A stretch of DNA of 64,000 bases, from the IMG/VR virus record IMGVR_UViG_3300009509_000004, positions 1 through 64,000 of that record, one strand, 5' to 3'. Positions 47,236-58,089 of the stretch are shown here, piece after piece. The position numbers and the translations under genes are program-made. Within the stretch, counting starts at the first letter, position 1; the number at the start of each line of letters is the position of its first letter. The notes under the pieces were generated by a model. The model worked only from the letters and a program-made list of their open reading frames with translations. It ran no database searches and was not told where the DNA came from. The DNA is from a virus.

Positions 47236-47673
47236 TTAGATCGGCAAGATGTCGTCCACGCTCAAAGTCCATTCAACCAGCGCCAGCTCGCCCTCGTTTT
47301 CCATCTCACGGTCAGGCATGACCCGCTTGGTGGGGAACACGCCAACCAGTGACTTGGTCACGGTGGTGTTGCCGCTGATCGATTGGCTGATCATGCTGCC
47401 GACCTTCTTGTAGGTGGGCAAAACAGGGTCTTGTGACTCCCTGTACCACGCCTCCATTGCGGCCTGCTCCACAAGGTGGTGCTCTGGGAGCATGATCGTG
47501 AATTCACTTGGCCCTCGATTGCCGCCAGAGACACGAGTGCGGTCAGGCATCTCTGCCGTCTGCAACTCATCCTCAAGCCCGCTCACCTCGGTTGGGGTGA
47601 GTGGGGGCAATCCAAGGATCAACAGTTGGTACTTGTTGACCGGAATGTGGTCAGCCTGGATGGCACCTTTCAT
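47236..47673 (-). CDS. Tail tube protein
   Basis: Follows the sheath; EVSGL, EAWY, FPTK, VEWTLSVD. Confidence 0.8.
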   Translation of the reverse strand: MKGAIQADHIPVNKYQLLILGLPPLTPTEVSGLEDELQTAEMPDRTRVSGGNRGPSEFTIMLPEHHLVEQAAMEAWYRESQDPVLPTYKKVGSMISQSISGNTTVTKSLVGVFPTKRVMPDREMENEGELALVEWTLSVDDILPI

Positions 47674-47725
47674 GTCATCAACCTCCTTGGGTCAAAGAAT
47701 CCGCTTGTTGCGGCCTTCCCAGTTG

Positions 47726-47935
47726 CTATTCGACCTCAACCCCAGCGACCACATCCGTGGCCGCAGTCGGTGTCGTGGCCGCGTCATAATCCGCCTTGAG
47801 TTGATTGAACTGCGCCACCAGATCGCCCTGCGTTTCGACAAGCCCCTTCAGGACATCGTACAGGACGTCAAACCCATGGGATTCATCGAGGCCAGCGCCA
47901 GCCTCGCCCATCAATCTCTTCAACTTGACTGCCAT
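47726..47935 (-). CDS. Small hypothetical virion protein
   Basis: GGAGG RBS; between the sheath and tube genes. Confidence 0.6.
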   Translation of the reverse strand: MAVKLKRLMGEAGAGLDESHGFDVLYDVLKGLVETQGDLVAQFNQLKADYDAATTPTAATDVVAGVEVE

Positions 47936-47999
47936 AATTGCCTCCGTTTATGGTGAGTAGGGCCAGGCCCAAACTTGCTCACACGTTCTTTGGCACCCC

Positions 48000-50279
48000 T
48001 TAGCCTACAGACTCAAAGATGCCCTGCTTGCCGATGCGGATGATGAACCGCTCAACCGTGTCTGCGAGTCTGAGCTTGATCTCTGAGATCATGTCGCCGT
48101 TGGCCCGCGTTGCGTCGGTGTTCAATTCCTCATCCAACTTGATGATGCACGCTTCCTCAAACTTGGCACCTCTCAGCGCCCGCTTGGTGAACTCCGGCAA
48201 GAAGAATGACTTGAGAGCTGACAGCGCCAGCTTCTCAGTGACTGGATCGTTGATTGCGAACACAATCCAGTCAAAGCTCTCTTGGAGCACGTGCTCATAG
48301 TAGGACATCTGCTCACGCTGATGCTTCCACTTCCATGTGGGGTCTGTGTTGACCGTGCGGTCACCCCAGATGATGAAGTTGCCCTTGAGCTTCTTGATCA
48401 CAGCGATGCCCGCTGGATTGAGCACTTCCTCGTTGAGCAAGGCATCCTTTGTCGGGATGTCGAGCAACTTGGGCAACTTGGCATCTAGGCCAGCTTCAGC
48501 CTTGTGATAGCCATCATAGTCAGCTGCGATGCGCGCCTCTCGCCCATGGATCATGCCGGTGACCGGCACCAGCTTGGTCTTGCCCTCGCTGCTGAACGGA
48601 TCGGGCACCTCACCGTAGCTGGGGAATGCCACGACAGCATAGTCAGACCGACCCAGCGTGTCATTGACCTGCGTCAATGCGCCATCCTCGGTGACCACGT
48701 TGTCAGGGATCTCGTATCTGAACTGGTGATTCTTGGCATCCGCAAATGCCACACCAGCTTTCTGGACTGCGGTGGAAGTGATGCCTGGGCACGCATACTT
48801 GATCAGGCCCATGTTCTTGCCGATGACTCGGTTGAATGGGCTGAGACCAACATCCCACGCTTGCTGGATGTAGTCTGCATCGACCAAATCTGAAATGCCG
48901 TCCCTGCCGCCTTCCATCTCCAGCGGTGCCTCGACCATGAACTCATCTGCCGGTGCGCCGTCCACGGTGAGGTCAGAACCGTCTGCGACCGTGATGCTGT
49001 CATGGTCGTTGTCAACGATTCTGAATTTGGTGTTCTTGGCGTTGGGCTTGTCGGGGTACAGATAACCGCCAATGAGCGCGTCAGGGGTGAATGGCTTGTA
49101 GTTGATGACCAGAGTGTCGCCCGCCGCAACCGCTGTGATGCCTGCGGTCACTGTGAACTCAGGAGTCCACTTGTTGTTGGGGACAAATGCTACACCCAAA
49201 GTCACCGTGCCCAAAGCCCCAAACTTGTCACTCACAGCCGCGCCGCTCGTGGCATCGGCCATGGTGATGGTGATCTTCTGGGCCACCATATCATCGTCTG
49301 TGACGTCCAGCGCAAACGTGGGATCGCCCCCGCCAGCGCTGTTGACGGTGAAGTCATGGATGACTGCTGTGAGCACCGTTGCCGTCACGGTGTCGATGAG
49401 GCCCCAATGGTTGGCTGGCCGCACTGCTGCGGTGTGAGCGCCCGTCCAAAGATCGGTTGCCCAAATCTCATCGTTGCCGCCGTCCTTGTTGATGACATCC
49501 ACCCAATAGCGTGGGTCATTCGGATCGGTGGCCAGATTGGCATACTTCTTGACAAAGTCGCCATCCACGTACACGCTGATGCTGAACTCGCTGTCAGCCT
49601 TTTCCTCGCCGTCACCGATGAGGATGCTCAGCGCCTTGCCCTCGTTTTCCAGCACGAGGTAATAGCGCAAGCTGCTGCCAGACAGCGCGTTGTAGTCATC
49701 GAGCATCGTTTGATCAGCTGCAACCGTGACGATGCCAGCATCGTCGTTGCCAACGATGGGATAGCGCTTGTTGGGTACATCTTCAAGCTCAACCCAACCG
49801 CCCTTCCACTCATCTGTCTTCATAGCCAGACCAGTGTCCAGGGTGATGTTGGTGAGATCGCCGATTGCACTCATGTCATCTGTGAGCCGATTGAGCTTGC
49901 CGCCCCAGCGCCCGCCATTCTTGGCTTTCAACGTGCCCATCGGCGTGAGCAGCGAGCCATAGCGCGCATACAGAGTCATCCCAGCGGCAAGCTCGTTGCC
50001 GTCTGTGACCCTGATGAGCATGAGACCACCAGCCCCGTTTGCCAGGTCATAGTAGTCAAAAGCGCAGTCAGGAAGCAAGGAATCAGGGATGATTCCACCA
50101 CACTTCTTCTGGAACTGCTTTTTGTTTTGTGCGAAAATGAGCTCACCGACTGGGCCCTTTTCCATGACCCCAGCATAAGCCGCCCAACCAAGGGCACCTG
50201 GCTCAATGCCTTTTTCGCCTTCAAGCTCGATGATGGTGACGCCCGCGCCTCTTGTCGGGCCAAACCGCCGTTGTGCCAT
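48000..50279 (-). CDS. Contractile tail sheath protein
   Basis: GVTIIE, KGPVGE, IWGDRT, VFAINDP, ERFIIRI. Confidence 0.92.
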   Translation of the reverse strand: MAQRRFGPTRGAGVTIIELEGEKGIEPGALGWAAYAGVMEKGPVGELIFAQNKKQFQKKCGGIIPDSLLPDCAFDYYDLANGAGGLMLIRVTDGNELAAGMTLYARYGSLLTPMGTLKAKNGGRWGGKLNRLTDDMSAIGDLTNITLDTGLAMKTDEWKGGWVELEDVPNKRYPIVGNDDAGIVTVAADQTMLDDYNALSGSSLRYYLVLENEGKALSILIGDGEEKADSEFSISVYVDGDFVKKYANLATDPNDPRYWVDVINKDGGNDEIWATDLWTGAHTAAVRPANHWGLIDTVTATVLTAVIHDFTVNSAGGGDPTFALDVTDDDMVAQKITITMADATSGAAVSDKFGALGTVTLGVAFVPNNKWTPEFTVTAGITAVAAGDTLVINYKPFTPDALIGGYLYPDKPNAKNTKFRIVDNDHDSITVADGSDLTVDGAPADEFMVEAPLEMEGGRDGISDLVDADYIQQAWDVGLSPFNRVIGKNMGLIKYACPGITSTAVQKAGVAFADAKNHQFRYEIPDNVVTEDGALTQVNDTLGRSDYAVVAFPSYGEVPDPFSSEGKTKLVPVTGMIHGREARIAADYDGYHKAEAGLDAKLPKLLDIPTKDALLNEEVLNPAGIAVIKKLKGNFIIWGDRTVNTDPTWKWKHQREQMSYYEHVLQESFDWIVFAINDPVTEKLALSALKSFFLPEFTKRALRGAKFEEACIIKLDEELNTDATRANGDMISEIKLRLADTVERFIIRIGKQGIFESVG

Positions 50280-50289
50280 GAGTGTCCTC

Positions 50290-51534
50290 CTAACTAATAA
50301 CAGCGTTCATGTCGCCCGTCAAGTTCATTCTCTCAACGGCAAACACGTCTTCAGCTTCACGTTCAAAGAATAACGCCTTGACGAGCAAAAAGCGAAGTCT
50401 CCCAGCATGTACTTCAGCGATATTGGCTTCAGTTTGGCCGTTGTATTCCTCAATCAGCCAAAGTCTGAACATTTCGTCAAGACCTTTTGATGTTATTGTT
50501 GGGTTATTTCTGAAAAACCGTTTCAGCTCGTCAGCCAATCTTACTTGGTCCCTTGCGCTGTCAGTTAGGCCATTGAGCACGACCTCGATGTCAGCTTGAA
50601 GTGGGCCTGGAACTTTGACTGCGCTCCTGTTAGACTTGTTGATCACCCAGTCATCTTGCCCACTTTCTGCAGAGTTGATTAGGTTGACATCTGTGAGAAT
50701 CAAAGCTGGCACTTTGGCCACCTCGTGATACTCCTGGCCGGTGGTAACTGCCACCTCTGGTTCCCATATGAAGCGCACCCAAAGCAACTTCCCAGCAGCA
50801 ATTGATGTGCTTAGTGTGATGATTTGGGTGTTTTGGTCATATGATTGATACAAGTCTGTGAAATGGTCAGGATCGTCCGTGTGATTGAAGCATGCATCAA
50901 TCCCAACAACGTTGTATGGCGTTTCCAGCTTGTAATCATTCTTCAAGTCAATCGTAGCTGATGCGACATTGATCTTGATCGGGAAGTCTGAGATGGGTCT
51001 GACCTGCTCTCTCAGCTGCCTGACGATGGTCCTGTACACATAATCCTCTTGGTGTTCAACGCTGGATGAATACAACACCTTGACAGCGCTGATCTCTGGC
51101 GTGACACCTCCGTCAGTCGTGTACGGGTTGAGGATCACCTGCAGCTTCTTGCTGGTGGCTGGGAAGTCTGCGATGTGATTGGCAACATCCGCCTCGCTGT
51201 TCCAATCCGACACATTGACCACCCAATCCGCGCCATCCCACCAATATTCATTTGTGCCGTCTGACAGCCTGAACTTGACTCCAGTCAGGTCTTGCCCAAG
51301 ATCGTCCTTTGCGTTGACGACCTCGCACTCAAACCCAAGCCATTGTCGCACGCTGTCTGGGATGGTCACCCACGTCTTTGCATACAGGTCTGTGTCAAGT
51401 GGGTATCCGCCGCCGCCCTCTTTCAACTGAATCTTGTGCGTCTCTGGATTCAACCGCACATCTGCGCCCAGCTCGATCCTGTAACGGTTGTCGTTGCTGA
51501 AGTTGAATCGCTTGATTAGCCTCTTGAGTCTCAT
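50290..51534 (-). CDS. Putative tail terminator/neck protein with an N-terminal extension
   Basis: Position immediately before the sheath; KVPALIL motif. Confidence 0.55.
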   Translation of the reverse strand: MRLKRLIKRFNFSNDNRYRIELGADVRLNPETHKIQLKEGGGGYPLDTDLYAKTWVTIPDSVRQWLGFECEVVNAKDDLGQDLTGVKFRLSDGTNEYWWDGADWVVNVSDWNSEADVANHIADFPATSKKLQVILNPYTTDGGVTPEISAVKVLYSSSVEHQEDYVYRTIVRQLREQVRPISDFPIKINVASATIDLKNDYKLETPYNVVGIDACFNHTDDPDHFTDLYQSYDQNTQIITLSTSIAAGKLLWVRFIWEPEVAVTTGQEYHEVAKVPALILTDVNLINSAESGQDDWVINKSNRSAVKVPGPLQADIEVVLNGLTDSARDQVRLADELKRFFRNNPTITSKGLDEMFRLWLIEEYNGQTEANIAEVHAGRLRFLLVKALFFEREAEDVFAVERMNLTGDMNAVIS

Positions 51535-52160
51535 TGCGATGACAACTCCTTCATGGCCGCAGCCATCGCTTGGTCCCAGAACTTCCTTGCCATGGACTGC
51601 ATCTCGCCTTTATTCCATGCTTGCCTGATGAATGGCCTGCCTGGGATGATGATTGCCTTTGTGCTTTCTTTCAGTGGACGCCAACCGCCTGGCATTTTGT
51701 CCCACAGCTCTTGCGCACGCTCGCTGAGGGCAATGGTTGGGTCCATCTCTTTGCGCCATAGCACATAGAACATGCCACGCATCTTTGCCGTGACCCCGAT
51801 GACTGTGCCCTCGTGGAGCATGACTGCCAAGTCATATTCCTTGTGCTTCTGCAGGATGCCCACAAACACTGTGATGTCGTCAATGACCTTGGATGTGATC
51901 GCCTTGAACAGAGGTGAGCCTGGCCTGTCGCCGATCAATGGTTCATTCTTGCCGCCCTTCAGGGCAACAGTGAGGGGTGCGTTTGGCTCAAAACTGCCTG
52001 ACGCGATCTCCTGCCTGATCAGTGCCTCGCCCTTTTTGCCAATGAACTGGGACGCCCGCCTCAGATGCTTGCGCAACGTTGGTCGTACAACACCTGGCCC
52101 AAGCTGCTTCTCAAGCCGCTTCCAGCGCTTGTCCAGCTTGAATTTGGCTGCCCCTGGCAT
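51531..52160 (-). CDS. Neck/tail completion protein
   Basis: PNAPLT, PLI, IIIPGRPFIRQAW. Confidence 0.7.
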   Translation of the reverse strand: MPGAAKFKLDKRWKRLEKQLGPGVVRPTLRKHLRRASQFIGKKGEALIRQEIASGSFEPNAPLTVALKGGKNEPLIGDRPGSPLFKAITSKVIDDITVFVGILQKHKEYDLAVMLHEGTVIGVTAKMRGMFYVLWRKEMDPTIALSERAQELWDKMPGGWRPLKESTKAIIIPGRPFIRQAWNKGEMQSMARKFWDQAMAAAMKELSSQ

Positions 52161-52561
52161 CAGTCTTCAACCCCTCTCGATGGCGCTCTGTCTGTGAAAT
52201 ATGCCTTGACCAATGATGCGCCGTTTTGGTCAGGGTAGTGCCCAATTGGTTTCAAGGCAATGATGTAGACATCCGTGTCAAGGTGCCCCATCTTGATGAA
52301 CCTGTCCTGCCTCTTGAGCGTGATCCCTTGGGCATTCAAGTCGATGTATCTGAACAACACATATCCAGACGCATCCTGCTCGACACCGCCCTTGGTGCTT
52401 GATGCTTCTTGCAAATCCCAATTGGGCTGCCCCTTCACCACCTTGGTCTCGACTCTGGCAGCCTGTTGGACAGGCTCCCTGAAGTCGTCATCATAGATGG
52501 TCTCACCCTCGCTCCATTGCTCGATTGTGATGTTGATCGGGTGGATGAGATTGGGCAACAT
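52160..52561 (-). CDS. Head closure/stopper protein
   Basis: YDDDFREP motif; neck context. Confidence 0.6.
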   Translation of the reverse strand: MLPNLIHPINITIEQWSEGETIYDDDFREPVQQAARVETKVVKGQPNWDLQEASSTKGGVEQDASGYVLFRYIDLNAQGITLKRQDRFIKMGHLDTDVYIIALKPIGHYPDQNGASLVKAYFTDRAPSRGVED

Positions 52562-52570
52562 GCGCGCCTC

Positions 52571-53680
52571 CTACCTGAATGAAGGATGCGCTGGGGTTGC
52601 GCAACCGATTGGTGCCCTGTACATCTTGATGATCTCGATGATCTCTTGATCGTCAGTGATGCCAGCCATGTACGGTGAGCGCTCGCTTACCTCTGCCCCT
52701 GTTTTGCCATACTTGATCTTGTGCCCATCAGTCCACTCTTCAAGCACATCTCCGATCACTGGTGGAGGTGGCGTTGGCGGATCTGATGGATCAGCCAAGT
52801 AGATGGGTGACTTGGTCAGCTTTTCGATGACCAACTTGAGCAGCGCCCGCTGGATGAGCTTGGGCACACTCATGTCCTCTTCAACAAATCCAAACGTGCC
52901 CTTGACCTCTTGGTTTTGCCTCCCTTTGTCAAACCACAGCCTGCCAATCCTGATTGGCGCTGTGTAGATGTCCCTGTACTCTGTTGGCCCAACCAACTTG
53001 ATGCGCGGGTTGCGCCTGTCGTCAGGGTATCTGATGCCGTTGTAGACCTTGTACAGCTCTGCGTCAAGCTCAGATGGGTCTCTGTTCAGCTTCACATAGT
53101 CGATGCTGATGATCGGCACGCCAAAGTGAAGCGCATCTGAGTCAGTCCCATCAATGGACAAGATCATTGACTTTGGGATGAACCACTGACGGCACGCCCT
53201 TTCCAAGAACGCCTGCCATGTCTCGATGTAGGACAAGACAAGCGTGTCTGGGAATTTGGTTGTGTCTGTGAGGCCTGCGTCACGCACATCCTGGATGTTG
53301 ATGTATGTGTCAACGGTTGAACCCGCTGACTGGACCAACACCTCAAAGTCCTCTTGCCCAGCTTGGTATGGCGCACCAGCGCTGATCTTCCAGCGCCATT
53401 CAATGCGGTGTGTGCCTATGGGCTCTGTAAGCTCTGGTGTCCAGCCCTTTGCTGCCGCATTGTCATATGCGAAATATGACCCAACACCAAAGTGCCCAGC
53501 GCCGCTGCCAACAGGCTCATAGCCACCACCAGATGGGAACACTTGAACGCCAGGCAGACCTCCTGTGATGTCAAAAATCCTGAATCCAACTTCATAGGCA
53601 TCAGTCAGGACGCCATTGACGGTGATGAACCAATTCAGGATCGCCTGTGTGTTCTCCTGTCCTCTGGAGAGTGCTGGCAT
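52571..53680 (-). CDS. Head-tail adaptor with an N-terminal beta domain
   Basis: YINIQDVR, FLERACRQWF, GTFGF...VPKLIQRALLKL. Confidence 0.7.
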   Translation of the reverse strand: MPALSRGQENTQAILNWFITVNGVLTDAYEVGFRIFDITGGLPGVQVFPSGGGYEPVGSGAGHFGVGSYFAYDNAAAKGWTPELTEPIGTHRIEWRWKISAGAPYQAGQEDFEVLVQSAGSTVDTYINIQDVRDAGLTDTTKFPDTLVLSYIETWQAFLERACRQWFIPKSMILSIDGTDSDALHFGVPIISIDYVKLNRDPSELDAELYKVYNGIRYPDDRRNPRIKLVGPTEYRDIYTAPIRIGRLWFDKGRQNQEVKGTFGFVEEDMSVPKLIQRALLKLVIEKLTKSPIYLADPSDPPTPPPPVIGDVLEEWTDGHKIKYGKTGAEVSERSPYMAGITDDQEIIEIIKMYRAPIGCATPAHPSFR

Positions 53681-53692
53681 GTTGGCCTCCTG

Positions 53693-54472
53693 TTACAGCA
53701 CGCCCATCCAGAAGCTCTTTGTGGTCTGTTTCCAGCCTTCAAACTCTTCAGGCGCACTCTTGTTGACTTCAAATTCCTCAATCCCCTTCTTGACCTTGTC
53801 ACCGCAAGCCTTCTCAGCAGCCTTCTTGGGCTTCTGAGCAGCCGCGCTGCTGGGCAAGTTGGTCTTGGCAGCCGCCTCCAGCTTGCGTTTGGCCTCAGCC
53901 ATTGCGCTTGCAGGGAGATCTGACTGTGACAACCTCGCCAGCGCGTTGCGCAGATGCGGCAGGTCAACCTTGCCATTGGCATCCTTGAACGGCAGCTTGC
54001 GCAACGACCTCGGCACCGTCTTGCCATCCTTGTCTTTCTTGCCGCCAGGCAAGATGACCGCGAATGACGAGTCAGGCAGGTCATTGATCGCTGCAGCGGT
54101 CCAAACCGCCTTCTCAACATCGACGCCCTTGGTCACGCTCATGTCACTCTTGGGCTTGAAGCTCGTGACTCGCTCCACCTCGATGACTCCGCCAAATTCA
54201 AAATCACCACTCTTGTTGCGAGTGTATTTGAATGCGAAGTGCTTGGTTGGCTCCTGCCCCTTGTAGGTGGAGAACACCGCACGATCCTGGAACGCCTCGA
54301 CCAGCCATGCTCCACCATCCTTCTCTGTGATGTTGAGCTTGCGCAGGACGTGAGCACGCCCCGCTTGACTCAACTTGTTGGTGAACATGTTGATCGACTC
54401 GCCCTTCATCATGGGCACGTTTTGCTTATGGACGATGACCTCCATGGTCGTTGTCTCTTGCGCGTCAGCCAT
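53693..54472 (-). CDS. Head-associated protein sharing the scaffold C-terminal motif
   Basis: WTAAAINDLPDSSFA...LPHLRNALARLSQ domain; ends KSFWMGVL. Confidence 0.65.
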   Translation of the reverse strand: MADAQETTTMEVIVHKQNVPMMKGESINMFTNKLSQAGRAHVLRKLNITEKDGGAWLVEAFQDRAVFSTYKGQEPTKHFAFKYTRNKSGDFEFGGVIEVERVTSFKPKSDMSVTKGVDVEKAVWTAAAINDLPDSSFAVILPGGKKDKDGKTVPRSLRKLPFKDANGKVDLPHLRNALARLSQSDLPASAMAEAKRKLEAAAKTNLPSSAAAQKPKKAAEKACGDKVKKGIEEFEVNKSAPEEFEGWKQTTKSFWMGVL

Positions 54473-54482
54473 TTTGGGCCTC

Positions 54483-54791
54483 CTATGGATACAAATCAGT
54501 TGGGTGAAATGGAGAACCAACAACAATGTCCTCCCCACCAGTCGTTGTGTCCTTCTCTTTGTAGTACGCCTGCAGGACATCGCCCGTCCTTGGCGCTCTT
54601 TTCAACTCAATTGTTGAGTCGCTGGTCTCTGTCCAGCCCCATTTGTCATCATCCGGTTCATACACCTGGCCATTCCAGATGAGCCTCAGCGTTGTCTCAA
54701 CGTACCTGGATGGCGTAGTGAACTGCTTGTTCACGCCATTCACGACGCCTGTCAACGCCAAGATGGATGATTCATGAAACTGACCAGCCAC
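54483..54791 (-). CDS. Small beta-sandwich virion protein
   Basis: GVVNGVNKQFT, NGQ, APRTGD.L.AYY. Confidence 0.6.
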   Translation of the reverse strand: MAGQFHESSILALTGVVNGVNKQFTTPSRYVETTLRLIWNGQVYEPDDDKWGWTETSDSTIELKRAPRTGDVLQAYYKEKDTTTGGEDIVVGSPFHPTDLYP

Positions 54792-54794
54792 TCT

Positions 54795-55208
54795 TCATCT
54801 CCACTTTGCTCTGATCTGTGGCCAGCCCCAATGGCCTGCCACAACCCCTCCAGCCAACATAGCTGCAGGATGTGCTGTTAGCTTACCTGCCATGTCCAAA
54901 ACTAGCAAAAGAACGGCAGCAGCCAGCAATATCACAAGCGCCACGATCTGGTAGGTTTTCCAATGTACGGACACAGCAACGAATGGAATTGGAAACACGT
55001 TTTTGTCGCACAACTGCATCGGCCAAAATAGGTGACCGCAAAGAATGCCTGCGGCAAATGACGCAAAGGGGTGCCTCATCGCAAAGCTCAACACGATCAC
55101 GCTGATGGTGTCGCTTGGCGTAGGCTCGATGGCGACCCAGATGTCATACGCAATCAACCCTGCAATTGTTGCGATGACGATGATGGTGGTGAGCAATTTT
55201 GTGTTCAT
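54795..55208 (-). CDS. Membrane protein (about 4 TM segments)
   Basis: Hydrophobic helices; duplicated G...GH..WP motif. Confidence 0.65.
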   Translation of the reverse strand: MNTKLLTTIIVIATIAGLIAYDIWVAIEPTPSDTISVIVLSFAMRHPFASFAAGILCGHLFWPMQLCDKNVFPIPFVAVSVHWKTYQIVALVILLAAAVLLLVLDMAGKLTAHPAAMLAGGVVAGHWGWPQIRAKWR

Positions 55209-56011
55209 CACTCGCCCTCTGACACGCCATACAAAGTTGCAATTGCAACCGTCCCTGTGAACTTTGTGTCATTTTCCAACTTGATTGCCAGCTCCATCCC
55301 CTTTGATGCGTACAGGTCAAGCGTGCCACGCTCGTTGTACGGCCATCTGAAAATGTGGATCGGCTGCGTCATGCCTCTCCACCCGCTGCCTCCCAGGGCT
55401 GGCATGACTGGGTATGATGCTGATGCTTGGTTGATGAAGTCCATGATTGTCTGATAGACGTTCTGGGCAACTGCTTGCCCTCCTACCAGGATCTGGAATA
55501 ACACTGTGTCCGTCAGCTCGATGTCGCCGCTGAATTGGACCTCGACCGATGACAACCTGATGACCTTCCCTGCTGCTGGCGTGACCTTCCACTGCGAACC
55601 ATTTGACTTGTGGTAGGTTGCTGTTGCCGCGCCCGTCTGCGAGCTGTTGAATGTCACCGTGCCATTCTGGTAGTTGATGGTGTAATCCCCATCGCTCTGC
55701 CCTGGGCTGTTCTCTGCCTTCTCAACGCCTGCGACCTTGATCACAGGCTTGTACACGGCACGCAACGTTCTTTCGCCTGTGAGCTTGCCGTGCGTCACGT
55801 CAATCCACTTCTGATTTGCGGAATTGAACGTTGTTTGATCGCCGCTGTCGGTCAGTGTTTCATCCGATACCTGCTCAGCGCTTCCATACCACGTTGTCTC
55901 ATCGCACCAATTGGGCGATATGACATCAAGCCTGCTCCCTTCTGGGAGCGCCATGACACGGTGGCCTTCAGCGATGGCCTTCTGTGCTCTTGTGAGAACT
56001 ATCTCACCCAT
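55208..56011 (-). CDS. Virion accessory protein
   Basis: DYTINYQNGTVTF beta-sandwich motif. Confidence 0.65.
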   Translation of the reverse strand: MGEIVLTRAQKAIAEGHRVMALPEGSRLDVISPNWCDETTWYGSAEQVSDETLTDSGDQTTFNSANQKWIDVTHGKLTGERTLRAVYKPVIKVAGVEKAENSPGQSDGDYTINYQNGTVTFNSSQTGAATATYHKSNGSQWKVTPAAGKVIRLSSVEVQFSGDIELTDTVLFQILVGGQAVAQNVYQTIMDFINQASASYPVMPALGGSGWRGMTQPIHIFRWPYNERGTLDLYASKGMELAIKLENDTKFTGTVAIATLYGVSEGE

Positions 56012-56207
56012 TGTTCTCTCCTGGATCGCCCTTGACCTTGTAGTTCAAGATCGTGTTTGTGCCATATGTCTCCAGTGGGCATATCCACAGGGCAATCCCG
56101 TGTACCTCGCTCTTTTCATGCCCAGCAAGCGCCTTCTCACCGACCAAGACCATGTCCGTGGTCGGATGGTTTGGGCACTTGGGCGGAATTGGTCTTGCCA
56201 ACGCCAT
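56004..56207 (-). CDS. Small hypothetical protein (CxxH...WxC)
   Basis: Fills the gap and overlaps both neighbours. Confidence 0.5.
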   Translation of the reverse strand: MALARPIPPKCPNHPTTDMVLVGEKALAGHEKSEVHGIALWICPLETYGTNTILNYKVKGDPGENNG

Positions 56208-57400
56208 TATGGCCCCTGCTGTATGATGCCACGCTTCAGCTCATAGAAACCATTTGCGTTGACACCGACAACCGCCGCATTGGCGGATTTGTTTGAAACT
56301 GTCGCAACCAGGAAGTGGCCTGCGTCCCTCTCCAACTTGATTGGAGCGCCAAACTGCATCGCTTGTGATGCGCTGGCCTGGACAAATGCAATGAGCACAC
56401 GCAGCATGGCATCGTATGTGACCACGATTGCCGCCCCGTTTGCTGGTGCGGCCTTGAACTCAAGGATGTGCTTGTCAGGGCTGTCTCCATCCTCGATGGT
56501 GTAATCAGGCCCCAAACTCTTGGGCACCCCTCCAACCGTTACAGAGACATATGACGCAATCTCGACACAGTTGTGGGCAAGCTCATATTGCTCTGTCGCC
56601 CCGTCGCCTGTGAAATTCTCAACGCGATCTCGTTCCAACCCCTTGTACAGCCGCAACTCGCCACCAACGTCATCGGCAACGAGCACATCTGTGATGAAGG
56701 CCAAGTCGATGTTGGGGTCAGTTGCCAGGTCTGTGACATCCCTGTCAAAGAACAATGTTTCAGCACCAGTGGCCAACGTCTTGCGCACACTCAAGAAGAT
56801 CGGGTTGTCAGCCCGCGTGCGCGTGCCGACCTCGCCAAACACTCCGATCCGACCCACGCGCCAATCCTCTTCATCGACCTCGACCAAGATGCGCTTGAAC
56901 ATCTTTTGCAAAGTGCTGGGTGGGTCTGTGTCACTTGTGACCGCCGACATGTCCAGCCCCGCCGCCGTCCCTTGCTCGACCAACACAGTCAGAGCATCAT
57001 TTGCGTGCTCATCTCCCTGCTCCAGAGATCTGACAAATGTCAAATTCTGGTATGCCCTGGCAAGATAATCAGCCTTGAAGGTGGAATCTGCCTCAAATAG
57101 CGTGGCCACCTCTGATGCGATATCATACAGCGTGTCGCCCGCTTGAACTGTGTACACCTTTTGGACGGTGCCCACCGTCACGGTGACGGTGTTTCCCTCT
57201 GCAGGTGTCCCGCTGTAGATGACCCATCCAGACGGGTTGTTGTCAAAACCAAAGATGTTGCCGACTCCTGAGATGTCGGCAATCAAGTTGATCATCGTCT
57301 GCAGCTCGCCCCCTGGCCCCGTTGCAAGCGGGTTGCCATCTGGGCCCAGCAGCTGAACGCCCATCTCACCATTCGCGCCTAACTTTGGCAAGAACGTCAT
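56207..57400 (-). CDS. Virion accessory protein
   Basis: FTGDGAT...DYTI...APANGAAIVVTY module. Confidence 0.7.
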   Translation of the reverse strand: MTFLPKLGANGEMGVQLLGPDGNPLATGPGGELQTMINLIADISGVGNIFGFDNNPSGWVIYSGTPAEGNTVTVTVGTVQKVYTVQAGDTLYDIASEVATLFEADSTFKADYLARAYQNLTFVRSLEQGDEHANDALTVLVEQGTAAGLDMSAVTSDTDPPSTLQKMFKRILVEVDEEDWRVGRIGVFGEVGTRTRADNPIFLSVRKTLATGAETLFFDRDVTDLATDPNIDLAFITDVLVADDVGGELRLYKGLERDRVENFTGDGATEQYELAHNCVEIASYVSVTVGGVPKSLGPDYTIEDGDSPDKHILEFKAAPANGAAIVVTYDAMLRVLIAFVQASASQAMQFGAPIKLERDAGHFLVATVSNKSANAAVVGVNANGFYELKRGIIQQGP

Positions 57401-58089
57401 GGCTGAATCTCCTTTGCGAACATCAGGATGGATGCATGTTCCAACTTGGACAAATCATCCCTGACTGTCGCCTTCACATAGTCATCCGTCGCAAATGTGC
57501 CTTGCTTCCTGAGAATCAGCCCACCAACTCCAAAGTAGCCTTTGACCACATTGGGGCTTGCCACGATCACTTCAAAGCCGCCTGGTGCCGCGTCCTGCAA
57601 TACCTCCCTCGTGCGTCTCAAATTGGTGATTTGGTACACAACGTCACCGGCCTTGATCTCGATGAGCATCCCATTGGGCAACGTCGTCTCACCCATGAAA
57701 TTCTCGCCAAACTTGATGCTGCCGTCCTCAAGGATCAGACTGAGCGCCGATGTCTCAACATCGTAGGTCGCCCCTGGTGACCACGAATACACAACTGGAG
57801 TTGTGCTACCGTCAACCGCCATCTCGTTTGTCGGGGTTGTGTCTTCCAGGTATGCGATGATCGCCCCAGCGCCCGCTGTTGAGATCTGTGCATCGACCAA
57901 CAACCTGTTTGCGTTGTTGACACCTGCCAACCTGACCCCAGCGCCGTCCCTGATTTTGACCTCAGTGGCGGCACCTCCTGCTGGGGTGGACACCGCCACT
58001 GCCAACTTGTAAACACCGCCATCCAGGATGACGTTGACAGGGTTTCCCGCCGCATCATACAGTATGGCAGCTGGTGATTCGCCCGCCAT
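57397..58089 (-). CDS. Virion accessory protein
   Basis: MAVDGSTTPVVY motif; coupled ORF. Confidence 0.65.
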   Translation of the reverse strand: MAGESPAAILYDAAGNPVNVILDGGVYKLAVAVSTPAGGAATEVKIRDGAGVRLAGVNNANRLLVDAQISTAGAGAIIAYLEDTTPTNEMAVDGSTTPVVYSWSPGATYDVETSALSLILEDGSIKFGENFMGETTLPNGMLIEIKAGDVVYQITNLRRTREVLQDAAPGGFEVIVASPNVVKGYFGVGGLILRKQGTFATDDYVKATVRDDLSKLEHASILMFAKEIQP